A stretch of 64,000 nt of DNA, from NCBI GenBank assembly GCA_021613535.1, contig CP075494.1:9734001-9798000 (forward strand), written 5' to 3'. The position numbers and the translations under genes were made by a program. This document shows, in pieces, positions 45,702 to 57,686 of the stretch (its first letter is position 1; each line of letters opens with the position of its first letter). The notes under the pieces are model-generated. The model saw only the letters and a list, made by a program, of their open reading frames with translations. It was not told the origin of the DNA and ran no database searches. This DNA comes from Adineta vaga (Eukaryota; Animalia; Rotifera).

Positions 45702-48700
45702 ATGCACTTATATTCTTTTCGTCCATTATTTCTTCATCGTCTTAAACAATCCTTATGGACTATCAAACCTTCAATCCGTACATTAACGGATGTATGTGTT
45801 TCACCAGAATCAGTGAAAATCGATGAAGATGATTCTATTCCAACTATAACATATACGAATGATCATTTAATGCAAACAATTCAATCTTGTTCATCTCTTT
45901 CAACATTATTTCCATTCGTTCGTGCTAATTTACCACAACATCGAGCACCTATATTGCAACTGCTTTACTTCGAGCATGTAACATCGTTCGTTCATGTGCC
46001 TATTTTCATCCAATTAACATGGAAATCTATCGTAAACAATTATTAGATCATCCAATATTTGATCTTCTTTGTCATTTATGTGAACATCGTTTATTGGAAT
46101 TGAATTTCGAAGATCATGTGAATATCCTATCAGCATTAGTTAAATTAGATATTCGAATGTCATCAAGTGAAAGTCCATTTCTACGTCATTTATTTACTGA
46201 ATTAGCTCAACGAGAATATATTGCGAAATTTGATTTAAATTTATTAAATCGATTTCTAATTGCCGTAGTGAAGAAATCCAATCGTCATTTACGTAAGTCA
46301 ACTAACGACATAAACGATAGATCTTTTACTTGAATCATCCTTGATGTTTAGTTCTTCCATTGTATAAACCATTGCTGGATCGATTCCATCAAATATTAAC
46401 CGAAATTGGTTCTTCGCATAATGCAACAACTATTAAATGTACTATTGGTATCACACATTTATTAGGTATGGCTATTCCATTATCAACATCTTCTTCATCT
46501 GATGATACGCAAGCACGTATGCTTTATGAAGAATTTATTCGACGAACGGTTTGTTTTTCTATTGTAGTTATTAACACGTGTTTCGAATATTATTGATGAT
46601 AATATTGAAAAACTTGCACCGATTTCAAGTCCAGATATCTTTGTTCGTTTACTAACATTAGGTGGAATGTTTCCTGAAAAAATGAAAACTTGGATACCAC
46701 ATGCAATAATAAATTGGTCACAGAATTTAAATCGAATTTTATGGTTTGATCTTTATTTAATTCTTTCGTCAGCCAAAAGGTTTGTATTTCGTTGTATTTT
46801 TCGAAAATAAAGAATTATTGTTTTCTTTTCGTAGACATTTTCGTCCATTGAATGAATTATTTGATCTAGCAGTAGGACGATGTAATTCTGAATTAGATCA
46901 AAATCAAATACTTGTCGATCATGATATTCTTTATATGACTTGTGCTTTATATCGATATTCGAAAATCAAATTAAAATTACGATTAAATAAACGTTTACAT
47001 ATGTGTTTAGATCATTTCGATGCACATGAAATTTGTCTACTATATCAACATGTCAATCCAGATACATGCAATGATTGGGATTTATTGGCACGTATTCATC
47101 AAAAATTAAAACAAATCTCTCTATCAAGTGAAGAATGTAAAGATTTAAAAAGGATAAATAAAAGTTGATGTTTTTTTTTCTTTCTTACTTTTATGTATTA
47201 GATGAAGGTGATTTTTGGCCAATGTTAACAATTTTAACAGAACATATTAATAAAAATATCGATTATTATACATCTGAACCAGCTGGAGCTGATTTTATCA
47301 TGCATTTACGTGGAGAAATTGAACGAACGAAATCGGGACCAAATGAAACATGGTTTATTCGAGATCAACATCTATCGATTTTAACATTCTATTTAAAATA
47401 TGCATTGAGTGGAACAGCTATTCCAAGTAATATTATGAGCAATGCAGAAGCAATGATATCTCAAGCTGGTTTAAAAGATACTGGTACTCTTCAGGTATGT
47501 TCTTGATAAATGTTGATTATTTCGATTTACTTTTCTTCGTATTTAGGATATTACAATGCAGCATCTTTATTATTACCGGATGCTGCTAATATGACATTTC
47601 AACGTCAAATTGAACAAATTCATCGAATATTAGTTAGTCATAAGAAAGATCATCTATCGAATTTATCGATTTATCCATTGAGTCATCTAGTCAATTTTCT
47701 AAGTCATATAACATCATCACGTTATAATATTGATACACCATTATTAGAACCATTTTTTGAACGTTTAAATCTTTATGATAATCAAACTTTATTAAGTTCA
47801 CGTGATGTGAATAATCTTTCATTATTATTTTCTCATTCAGCACGTCTCTATCCTGCATTACTTGATTCAATGTGTTCAACATTAATTGATTCACAATCAA
47901 CATCTTTAAAATTAATTTCAACATATTTTCGTTGTTTATATAAAGTTAATTATAAACCTGAACAAATCAATGATTTATGTTCTTTAGCTCGACATCTCTA
48001 TGAAAATAAAGATGAATTACGTTCAATTGATATGCTTTGGTTAGCAATGACAACAACGGGTTTATTTAATCAAATCGATGAACATTTATTGAATGATATT
48101 TTTTCATTGGCATTTCTTGATAGTATTGATCAAATATCGATGAAAAGGAATGCACTTCAATTAAGTCAACCTCTATTTCGTTTAAATCAAATTGTTTGTA
48201 TTGATCAACCGGAATTGAATATTCCATGGTTTAATGATCGTTTTGGATTAGAAACTGCTGTACCAGGTAAACATTTCATTCTGATCAATTTTGATAAAGA
48301 AAATTTCGAGCTTTAATTTTTCTCTATTAGATATGCGTCGTCATTGGCAAACACGACATACGACATTTGATCATGTGGAATCGAATTTAACAACTATTCT
48401 TGGTGGAAAAGAATATCTACAGGTACATACAGTTTCACCATATTTTCATGAAATCGGTATGTTAACTTTTTTGAAGATGTATATAGTCTGAATAGAATAT
48501 AATTTAGATTTTGAATGTATTTTACGATTGGATAATCGTCAACCAGTTCGATGTGATCAATATGATATGATGAAGAATGTTATTAGAGAGAAAAAACTTG
48601 AAATACCCGAAGGATGTGAACGGTAAGTTACATTTTACCTTTCAAATAAATTGTATAGTGTTTTGTTTTATTTATGTAGAGTGGCAATTCAATTAACAAC

Positions 48701-48932
48701 ACCGAATCATTATTGTCAGAATAAAAATCATTTTGTTGGTTCAGTAGAAATTTCCTTTCGTCATTTGAAGAAATTGGGTTATCGTCTGGTTGTTGTAAGT
48801 AATAGTTACTTTTCTTTATTTTATCTCATTCTTTTTTGTTTTCCTTAGCTTCCATATTACGAATTATCTGGAATGGAATCATCTGCTGCTCGTTATCGTT
48901 ATTTGAACAACAAATTGTTCAAAAATAATTAA
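45702..48932 (+). CDS. FASTKD1: FAST kinase domain-containing mitochondrial RNA-binding protein (FASTKD1-like), multi-exon; apparent frameshift near 45950
   Basis: Mitochondrial-presequence-like N-terminus; LFRLNQIVCIDQPELNIPWF; RAP domain RVAIQL..HYCQN..RHLKKLGYRLVV|LPYYEL. Confidence 0.75.
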
Positions 48933-49185
48933 TAGGAAATGTGTTTTTTTTTGTTAGGAAAAAAGTATTCTATGAATTCTTTGGAATGGTTTAGTAGTTG
49001 TTATATGTTATAACGTTTTTTTCCGTTTTTTCTAATAAAACTGTTGTTATTAATACGTCTATCTTTCCTTCGCTATGGTGACATCAAGAGAGAGAGAGAG
49101 AGAGAAAAACAAATTGTAATGCTCAGTCAACCATATCGATATAATAGGGTTGTTTTGATGTAAATGTGAGAGACTACAATTAAGC

Positions 49186-49981
49186 ATGGCAAATTTCGAA
49201 AGCTCTTCAAGTGATCGTGAAGCACTGTAAGAATTTTCTTTTGAAAGTCTATTTTTGATTTGTTATTTAATTGTAGTTCATCACCTTTATCTAAACATAC
49301 ATACATGGGTCGATATGTGACATATGAACGACCAGTTCTTCATAAATCAAGATCTTCCCATCATCGATATTTTCAACCGAATGAATATGTCTATGAAGAA
49401 GGTTCATCTGATGATGATTATGATCCGAATAAACCATTAGGAATTATTAAAATCAATAATCAACATATTCGAGAAAGTATATTTGTTTCGTCTAAAAGAC
49501 TCGGCAGATCGGTGAAAGATATTGTATTTTAGTTTATCGAATACCTACTCCACCACCGGAAACTAGACAAGTTTACCATCGTGCTCGTTCACCGAAACCA
49601 AAAATAATTGAACGAGTCTATGTTCGTCGTCCACCACGACAAATTATTGAAAATGTCGTTCAAGTTCCACCACAAAAAACTGAAATAGTTCATCGAGAAA
49701 AAGTTTTGCGAGCATCCAAACCAATTATTCGAACAAAGTAAACTGATTGAGAACAAAATCTAAATAAATTCTTATATTATGATTTTAGATATGTTTATTT
49801 AAAACCTGAAGATGAACAATACCAACAACAACAACAACAACAGACAGTTTATCCATCATTTGTAAATCTTCAATCAACTGCTACTAATTATACTCAATCA
49901 ATGACGCCAACATATGTCTTTTCTCGACAAATAGTCAATCCTCAAATAATCCCATCAACTTGCTATTCTTATTCATATTAA
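49186..49981 (+). CDS. Uncharacterised Pro/Val/Arg-rich protein (4 exons)
   Basis: Spliced frame MANFESSSSDREAL|..|YRIPTPPPETRQVYHRARSPKPKIIERVYVRRPPRQIIENVVQVPP..; canonical introns; AATAAA at 50045. Confidence 0.6.
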
Positions 49982-50118
49982 GTTTCATCAAACTATAACA
50001 TGCTACTTTAAATTTTACTATTTTTTTTTCTAAATATATTTCCAAATAAAATGATTACAATCATAATAATGAATTATTTATGACGACTGTGTCGATTTAA
50101 TTACTTCAGAATAAAAAA

Positions 50119-51051
50119 ATGTCATCTCTAATACATTGTTTTATCATTGATCATCAGTATGGTCTGGTATTTAATCCCGAATCAATTTGTCTTCTTCGAC
50201 AACAACATCGTATCATCGGTTCATTCACAGGAAATCTTCCACAATTCCCTCGACAAAATCAACAACTCGGTATTCCTTTTCAACTTTCACTTCAACAATG
50301 CCATCTTCTTTCTACTCACAATATTATTTCTATGTATGAAATCGTTTGTCCGATTATAGACACTCAAGAAGATCATCTCGTATATCTTACGCAAAAACTT
50401 GATCATGATTTTCAACAGCAAAAGATTACCAATGGTCATGAACGCATCAATGAGATTCTTCTCAATCGTCATTCTATTTTACAATCAAACCGTCATTCAT
50501 CATTCGAGAATAGTTCAGAAACGGATTCATTTATTTCATCTCTTCTTGAAACAAACAATGCTTGGCAAAATTCATCTCGATCAATGGATGAACATGAACG
50601 AAACATTCTACTTTATATCATCAAACAACGTCTTCAACAGTTTACATTGGATCATATGTTTATTACACAACCATTCGAATCAATACGAACAAATCTCTCC
50701 TTGAATACCATCACAGCAGATCAACTCAAACAATATCTAACGTCACCATTGCAACAACTTCAATGTGATGTATTTGCAGATCTTTATTCGAAGAATTATT
50801 GGATTTCGGATGGATTGAAATTTGGTGGTGACTATCTTGTCTATTTAGATGATCCGTCGAAATGTCATTCATCATTTATTGTTACATGTCTTCTTCGAAA
50901 TGAAGTTGATTCTAATTCAACGATGATACCACTAACTCATTTGATTGCACGATGTCGTGTTGCTGTCAATGTAAAGAAAATCTCTGTTTTAGCAACGAGA
51001 AAATCACCATCTGAAATTGAATATCTAACCGTTAGTTGGAATGGATTTTAA
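50119..51051 (+). CDS. TSEN34: tRNA-splicing endonuclease subunit Sen34 (single exon)
   Basis: LRQQHRIIGSFTGNLPQFPRQNQQLGIPFQL; catalytic region GLKFGGDYLVYLDDPSKCHS..RVAVNVKK. Confidence 0.92.
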   Translation: MSSLIHCFIIDHQYGLVFNPESICLLRQQHRIIGSFTGNLPQFPRQNQQLGIPFQLSLQQCHLLSTHNIISMYEIVCPIIDTQEDHLVYLTQKLDHDFQQQKITNGHERINEILLNRHSILQSNRHSSFENSSETDSFISSLLETNNAWQNSSRSMDEHERNILLYIIKQRLQQFTLDHMFITQPFESIRTNLSLNTITADQLKQYLTSPLQQLQCDVFADLYSKNYWISDGLKFGGDYLVYLDDPSKCHSSFIVTCLLRNEVDSNSTMIPLTHLIARCRVAVNVKKISVLATRKSPSEIEYLTVSWNGF

Positions 51052-52336
51052 TTTCATTTGTTATGTATCTTTTTGTTGTTAAATAAACTCAACTATTCAA
51101 ACTTGTGAATGTTAAAAAATCATGATCTTTCAAACAAGATTAGACATCGATTATATTTGTTTATTGACCAATCAATAAACTACTTCATCATCATCATCAA
51201 CATTTCTGTATACATTTGTGTTAACAAGCTCATATACAAGGAATTATCTTTTGCTTATATGTACAGTATTCGATTGTTTCTTTTTCCTCCTTCTGTTGAT
51301 ATATATCCACCCATGTTATTTTTCTTTTCAATGTTTATTTATTAGCACTAAAGATTAGACGATGCAGTTATTAGAAAAGAAAATTCCATTCTTTTTTTCT
51401 TTCATAACACAGAAGAAAACCTTCTGCTCAATAATAATTAATCGAGTGATTCATACTTAAATTTGAAGTGTGACAAACTTTTGTGATAGGCAGCGGATCT
51501 AACGTTTCTTTTTCTTCCCTATTCACACAGCAGGACATTGACTTATTCTCTTGTTCATTAGTTGCCGCCCTCATTTCAATTGCTCGAGGCAATTACATTG
51601 AACAACATACATTTCTTGTTTTATTTGATCTTCAATTGCTTCTAGCTACTAATCGATCTGAGTTTTTCTTCTCAATTTACAAGACTTATCTGATATGCAT
51701 ACCTTGATCTGTGATTTCGTCTTGTCATCACGTAATCGATCAAAAAAAACAAAATGTAGACTTCGTTGTATTTTCTATTTTAATTCCTTGCGCATCGTTA
51801 CACACCACCTATTAGAGTGAACAGCGTGAAATGTCTCCATACTGATCACAATCGACTAATGATGGGGAGAGTCATCATGAATAGGAGAGAGACAGAGAGA
51901 CCTAACGATTAATCTAGTGATTTAAGAAAGCGTTAAATTCAATTGTTTATTTTATTCCTCTTTTTCTCTTTGTACACAGTGAAATTTTAGATACTAGAAT
52001 CATTATGATATGTTAAACAAGCTGACGACATGATGATAATAGATTTTGTATTCAGAGGAAAACATAACGAGGACAAATTGGAAAAGACGAATGTCATATG
52101 TATGTTTATATGATGTATGAAACAGATGTTGATGATGAAGAAAAAATGAGAGAAGTTTGTATGTGTATCCTCAACGTTTTTTCTTCTTTTTAGTACAAAC
52201 AATATGAAATGAGATCTAATTTGTAGCAGCAGCTTGATAGAAATTTATTATTACTTTTATTCATACATACATACACACACACACACACACATACACAGAG
52301 AAAAAAATCAAGAAAAAGAAAGAAAGATAATATCTT

Positions 52337-53086
52337 TTACAACACTGACCTCGTCTGATTTGGCGAAATCGAACTCGGTAGAAATGTCTGTTGATGTCGT
52401 ATAACTTCACTTGCTGCAATAGCATGGAAAAATTGTTGTTGTTGTTGACGTAAAGCAGCAGCAGCGGCAGCAGAAGCATATAATGCCGTTGAATAAGGAC
52501 TTAAATTTGAACGTTTAAATGTTACTAAACGATGATTTCTCGATGTAGATGTTCGGCGTCGTAATTTACCAGTAGTAGCACCAATAAAAACATCATCAGC
52601 TGACGGATCGAGCATCCAATAATTTCCTTTACCGGGATCATCAAAATGTCGTGGAACTTTAATGAAACATTTATTCAACGAAAGATTATGTCGAATAGAA
52701 TTTTGCCATCCTTGTTTATTTTCACGATAATATGGAAATGTTTTCATAATATATTCATAGATACCATTTAATGTTAAACGTTCATGTTGAGATGATCGAA
52801 TAGCCATCATTATTAATGCATTGTAAGAGTAAGCTGGTTTAACACCGTATTTATTTTTTAAAGCAGGAGTTGTGGGAAGCATTATTTGAGCATTTGAACC
52901 ATCCGAACCAGATTCACTTGAAATAGATGATGATGATTGTTTCGTTGATTTCGATTCTTCATCTTCCGAACTTTCAATATCGATTTCTTCGTCATCTTCA
53001 TCGGTTGTTGAATGTTTTTTCACTGCATTATCTTCTCCAAGGACACTTCGAATTGAAAACGAACTTTGAAAAACATGTTCTTTCAT
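52337..53086 (-). CDS. FOXG1: Forkhead box G transcription factor (single exon)
   Basis: eh1 motif FSIRSVL; FoxG forkhead [50 protein letters not shown] and [14 protein letters not shown]. Confidence 0.96.
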   Translation of the reverse strand: MKEHVFQSSFSIRSVLGEDNAVKKHSTTDEDDEEIDIESSEDEESKSTKQSSSSISSESGSDGSNAQIMLPTTPALKNKYGVKPAYSYNALIMMAIRSSQHERLTLNGIYEYIMKTFPYYRENKQGWQNSIRHNLSLNKCFIKVPRHFDDPGKGNYWMLDPSADDVFIGATTGKLRRRTSTSRNHRLVTFKRSNLSPYSTALYASAAAAAALRQQQQQFFHAIAASEVIRHQQTFLPSSISPNQTRSVL

Positions 53087-55202
53087 CACGAGTAGTTTCT
53101 TTGTATCTAAAGAAAATAATAATAATAATAATAATATCTTTTCTTTTCTATGACAGCGTATTAGAAGTAACAGCCTGTTTAATCAACAAAAGCGTCGCGC
53201 ATCTCTCTATTTCTCTCTTCTCGCTCTATTTACATACAGAACATGAGGTGTTCATTTTCCTTCTTGCTATAGGTCGTCAATGATAATATAGTTTACAGAG
53301 AAAATGGTTGGTCGAGAATGAAATATGTCTTTCTCTTTCTTGCTGTGTCTAGGGTAGCCAATGTTTGTAAAACAGAACTTTTCTATTTTCACCAATAACA
53401 AAAAAGAAAAGCGAACGATCTATATATACGATTCCAATTTTCTCTCTTATCATAATTGTTATTTGTTTAGAACGAGGAAAAAAAGGGGATGTTAATCATG
53501 GTACAGATAGTTTATTTTTATAAGGCAATCAATGATGAAGTAGTTTTGTTAAATCGACGTGCAAGAATGTTATTGACTCATGAAAGAAAAAACTGATTGC
53601 ATCATTTGTATAAGTTTTACCCCTGAAATGAATACATATTTCTATGAGAATAACATATACTCAGTACACACGTGTACAAGTTTGAATATATACATCTTTT
53701 GATCTGATCTCGAATAATGGATGGTGTATATGTTGAATACTTGACAAATACAAAAGAGAGATATTCAATTTTCGCTTCATCAAATTTCAATGGTCAATGA
53801 CATTTTCACCTTAGAAAATTGTTCGAACATGAGATTAAGGACATAATAATGATAATTGAATAGTTATACATGTGTGCATATGTGTAGATCGCCGCATTAC
53901 TTGTCTTTCTTTTTTTGTTTAGTATAAAGAGATATTTTAAGATCAAAATGATAATAACAAGTACAAACGATAAGCTCAAGAATATAATTATTTGTTTCAT
54001 GTCGAAATTTTCTATGATCATTTTTTGAAGCTTTTTTTATTGAAGTTATCGTCATAGTATTTTGTAAGGTGTGTTTCGAAACGAAGATAATTATGATTAC
54101 AATGAAACTATCGATGATATAGATTCACATTAGATTGGCATAGTTCGCGATTCTAAATGTACTTTATTTGATTGAAATAGCGATTTGTCGGTTATACCGG
54201 TTTTCTTGTGAAAACGCATCTGACAATCATTGACGAGTAATATTTTAGTGCACAAATGAAATACATCAATTTTAAACTTTACTCTCTCTGAGACCTGTAA
54301 AAAATGTTTGTAACAAACCTTTTATATGGATGAATGTCACAATTGCTTCTTTATTACTAGATATGAAGAATTTAGTTATGCTACGGTACTGTTGAAAAAG
54401 GCACGTCTACTTTTTTCATAATACAATTCGTTTGATATAAAGTCTCGAAAAAGCAAATCATTAAACACTTATAGACCGTATGTCATATACACTGTCTATC
54501 TCTGGAAAATACCATATAATGAAAGAGTTAAGGAGGGACTAGGTGTGTTAGCAAAACAGTCATAACGTGTATTGTCTTATGAGCTGATCTTGTAACTTAG
54601 TAGAGACGATTACTTAGTGTTCATTGTTTGTTTCTTGTAATTAGAATACTTAATTGATTCCATGAACTTTTTGTAACATAGTATAAATAATAGACAAGAT
54701 TTTATGAAAAGGTATTATATTTTATCAAGAACTTTTTCTTTTTCGTCATCTTTCAATCAAATAAACGGACCTTTCGGTTACTTATAAATAATTCATCAGT
54801 GATACTTAGGAGAGAAACCTTGTCAAAAGGTTTTCACAAGTCGTATAGGTAACTGAAAAAATACATAACAATCAAGATATTTCTTTGCCTGAAATACTTG
54901 CTGCTTGTAAATAAATTTCTCAATACACTTTTATAAATTACAATTTTTGAATAGTATACATATGACGACGAGAAATACCAATGTAGTCAATTGTTTCAAA
55001 ATGCTATCAAAGGTCTACTGTGACTTTATTATGTAGAAAGAAGATAAGAGCACTATATTAATCGTGAAGAAGGATAGATTTTTTTTATAAAAATCATAGT
55101 TTTGGAGACCTCAGAAGAATTTTCGCCATTGTTTCTTTCGTCAGTTCTTTTATTCAAAATACGACAAAGAAATAAGACAGACATATAGATACTTTCGCAT
55201 AC

Positions 55203-55663
55203 AATGTTATTTTTCAATGCTTCAGCCAAATATTTCATTCCCTTCTCTCCAATTTTATTACTTGACAGAATCAGCACGAATAAAGTCTATCAAAAATGAG
55301 AATATCCTTCATCAATATCAATTTAAATAATAGAATTCATTCACTTGATTGTTATTTAAATCAAGGTTTGTGTGTATCTGAATGAGATTTGAGCTAGTAT
55401 GTATAAGGTAGGTAGGATACTCGATCGGACTAACTGTGTAATATCTTACAACATTTGACGTAAGTTGAATACCATCGATACTATCAAGTTGGTTATTCGT
55501 AAGAATGAGGAATGCCATTTTCAAAATGAAACATGAATTTAGTGGCTAATCTCTGATGAGAAATAACAGTTTCTTGTACCAGATTATTTTACAAAACATC
55601 AATAAGATACTTCGTTCCATGATCATTGATTTGATCTCCAGATGAGTCGAGGCCAGTAGATGT
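55203..55663 (-). pseudogene. Decayed LRR_RI (NLRC3-like) exon array
   Basis: 84-nt phase-0 exons flanked by AG/GT at 55286-55203 (TLFVLILSSNKIGEKGMKYLAEALKNNI) and 55663-55580 (with an in-frame TAA); two more eroded repeats lie between them. Confidence 0.75.
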
Positions 55664-56621
55664 CTATTATAGGAAAAAATATTTTCATGTAAATGAAATG
55701 TACCATAATCAGATTAAAATTCAATTTGGATCGTTGACTAATTAAGTAAAATGTTTTCATTCCTTGTTTCCGTTCTAAAAAAGTCTATATTTTAATTGTT
55801 CACATAAGAAATCGATGTTTCGTCAAGCAAGATTCATCTTAATAGATTCAAAACATTTGTGAATTTAATTCTAAATGAAATGTGAATTGTCGCATATCTG
55901 TTTAATAGCCTGAAAATTGTTGACTATACGATGTATTCATTCGAAGAATATTCAATGAAGAGTTAGCGACTAGCATCCTATGTCAGTAATGCATTTTCAT
56001 GATTGAACTCTGTACTGAGAAGATACCGAATTCGAACAATGTGACTCTATTAGCCATGATTGAAGAAATTATAAATTTTTGTACCGAATAATTTATATGA
56101 TGGAACTCACTCATCTAAACTTGTGAAACACATACTAATTTAGTACCAAATGGAGTAACTCGATTCAAAATGCTCACAAACCTCTTTGAAGCTTGCAAAA
56201 ATCATAAAATAGTTTTCGGAACACACAAAAGTTCTTATTTTGACTTGTAGAATATGAGACCATTAGCGATGTATTTTTTATTGAATCATATGGTTGAGAA
56301 TTTTAGTTCGAAAAATATGTTAAAAACATCATGGTCTATTCAAGAGAGAAACTGTTGATTTACTTCTAAGTATATGAAGCAAGAAAAATTTGCTTGAAAC
56401 AAAGATTATCAGAAAATGTAGGCCATATAATTGCTACCCGCTAAACACATGGCAATAATAAGTAGATAATCAAGTGACAGATACAGATAATTTAGCACAT
56501 TTGTACGTATACATAAAATACGAACTGAAAGTCTTGATTGATTTCGCAATCGAAAATATGGCTCAAATTTGAGGACACTCATGAAAACTATTACTCTCGA
56601 AAAAAATGTATATTAGAATTG

Positions 56622-56796
56622 AACAGTTCGAACAATTGATGGAAGACGAAAGAGGCACACCCTCAAGACGTCTCAAATACAATTGTCATGATTTGAGTTT
56701 GGTTCGATTCGCTGATCGAAGAGTAGCATTAAGAACAACATAGAGACATTCTTCGAGTGGTTCCCGTACCATTGTATAAAGCATGATAGCAGCTGG
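56622..56796 (-). pseudogene. Fragment of an NAD(+)-arginine ADP-ribosyltransferase-like gene
   Basis: Translates PAAIMLYTMVREPLEECLYVVLNATLRSANRTKLKS*QLYLR..(frameshift)..LFRLPSIVRTV, the AIxLYT..LY..LN..LR helix of ART domains; stop at 56686-56688. Confidence 0.7.
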
Positions 56797-57233
56797 TTTG
56801 TCGAAATCTTTGTTCGGCTACATAAACACAACTCTGCACCGTTAGAACGATGTTGAAAACGTTGTACTATTTCATCTTTCTGTCCCTTACGATTAAGAAA
56901 CGTTGACGATATTCGAAGAATGAATTTTACATCTTTCTCAAAAAAATAGTATCACAATATTGTTAAATAATTCTTTCTATAGTCACAACTATGTCTATGT
57001 CATTGAAAAAGAGCTATTTCAATCAACATTTTACCAAAAAAAGTCGCGACCTCTATTCTTCCACTTTTCTATAGGTTTGCCACGAATAACCCAATTGCAT
57101 GAATAGTAACAAACAACCAACAGTCATCATAAATAACCTTTCCCAATGAGTACACACGATGAAACATTAACGTATATTTACGAAATTCTGAATATAATTT
57201 TTCTTTTGTAGATTTCTTCATTCATATTGCACG

Positions 57234-57512
57234 ATGGCACCACTCAAAGGTTTATCATGGCAATCATTAAAAGCTAATTATTCATTGATCCCACTCTTTT
57301 CCATTGTTACAATCGGTATGGTTATGGCAGCTGGACACGCATTTCGTAGTTTAGCATTTTCGAGCGATGTCAAAGTTAATCGACGTAATCCTGAACGACC
57401 ATGGGAAACTCAAGTTAATGATGATGGATCATTTAAAAGCGCAAAATATCTTCATATTCATGATTATCGTAAATTAAAGAAAAGCGAATATGAACCAGAA
57501 CTCGACGAATAA
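57234..57512 (+). CDS. NDUFA4: NDUFA4/COXFA4-like cytochrome c oxidase accessory subunit (B12D family)
   Basis: YSLIPLFSIVTIGMVMA TM segment, then LAFSSDVKVNRRNPERPWE and C-terminal DYRKLKK..P. Confidence 0.8.
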   Translation: MAPLKGLSWQSLKANYSLIPLFSIVTIGMVMAAGHAFRSLAFSSDVKVNRRNPERPWETQVNDDGSFKSAKYLHIHDYRKLKKSEYEPELDE

Positions 57513-57686
57513 ATATCCTCGAACATTTTCTTTTCTTTTTTTGTCCCAACTTTCAATCCTTCATACTGTAGATCTATTTCCTTGAACAGAAGTAGTTTAT
57601 TTCATCCGTACTTTTTTCTCTCTTTGTCCTTTTTTGATTAAAAACAAAACATAAACCGATTTTCTTTTTCTCTTTGTTTTTTTCAG

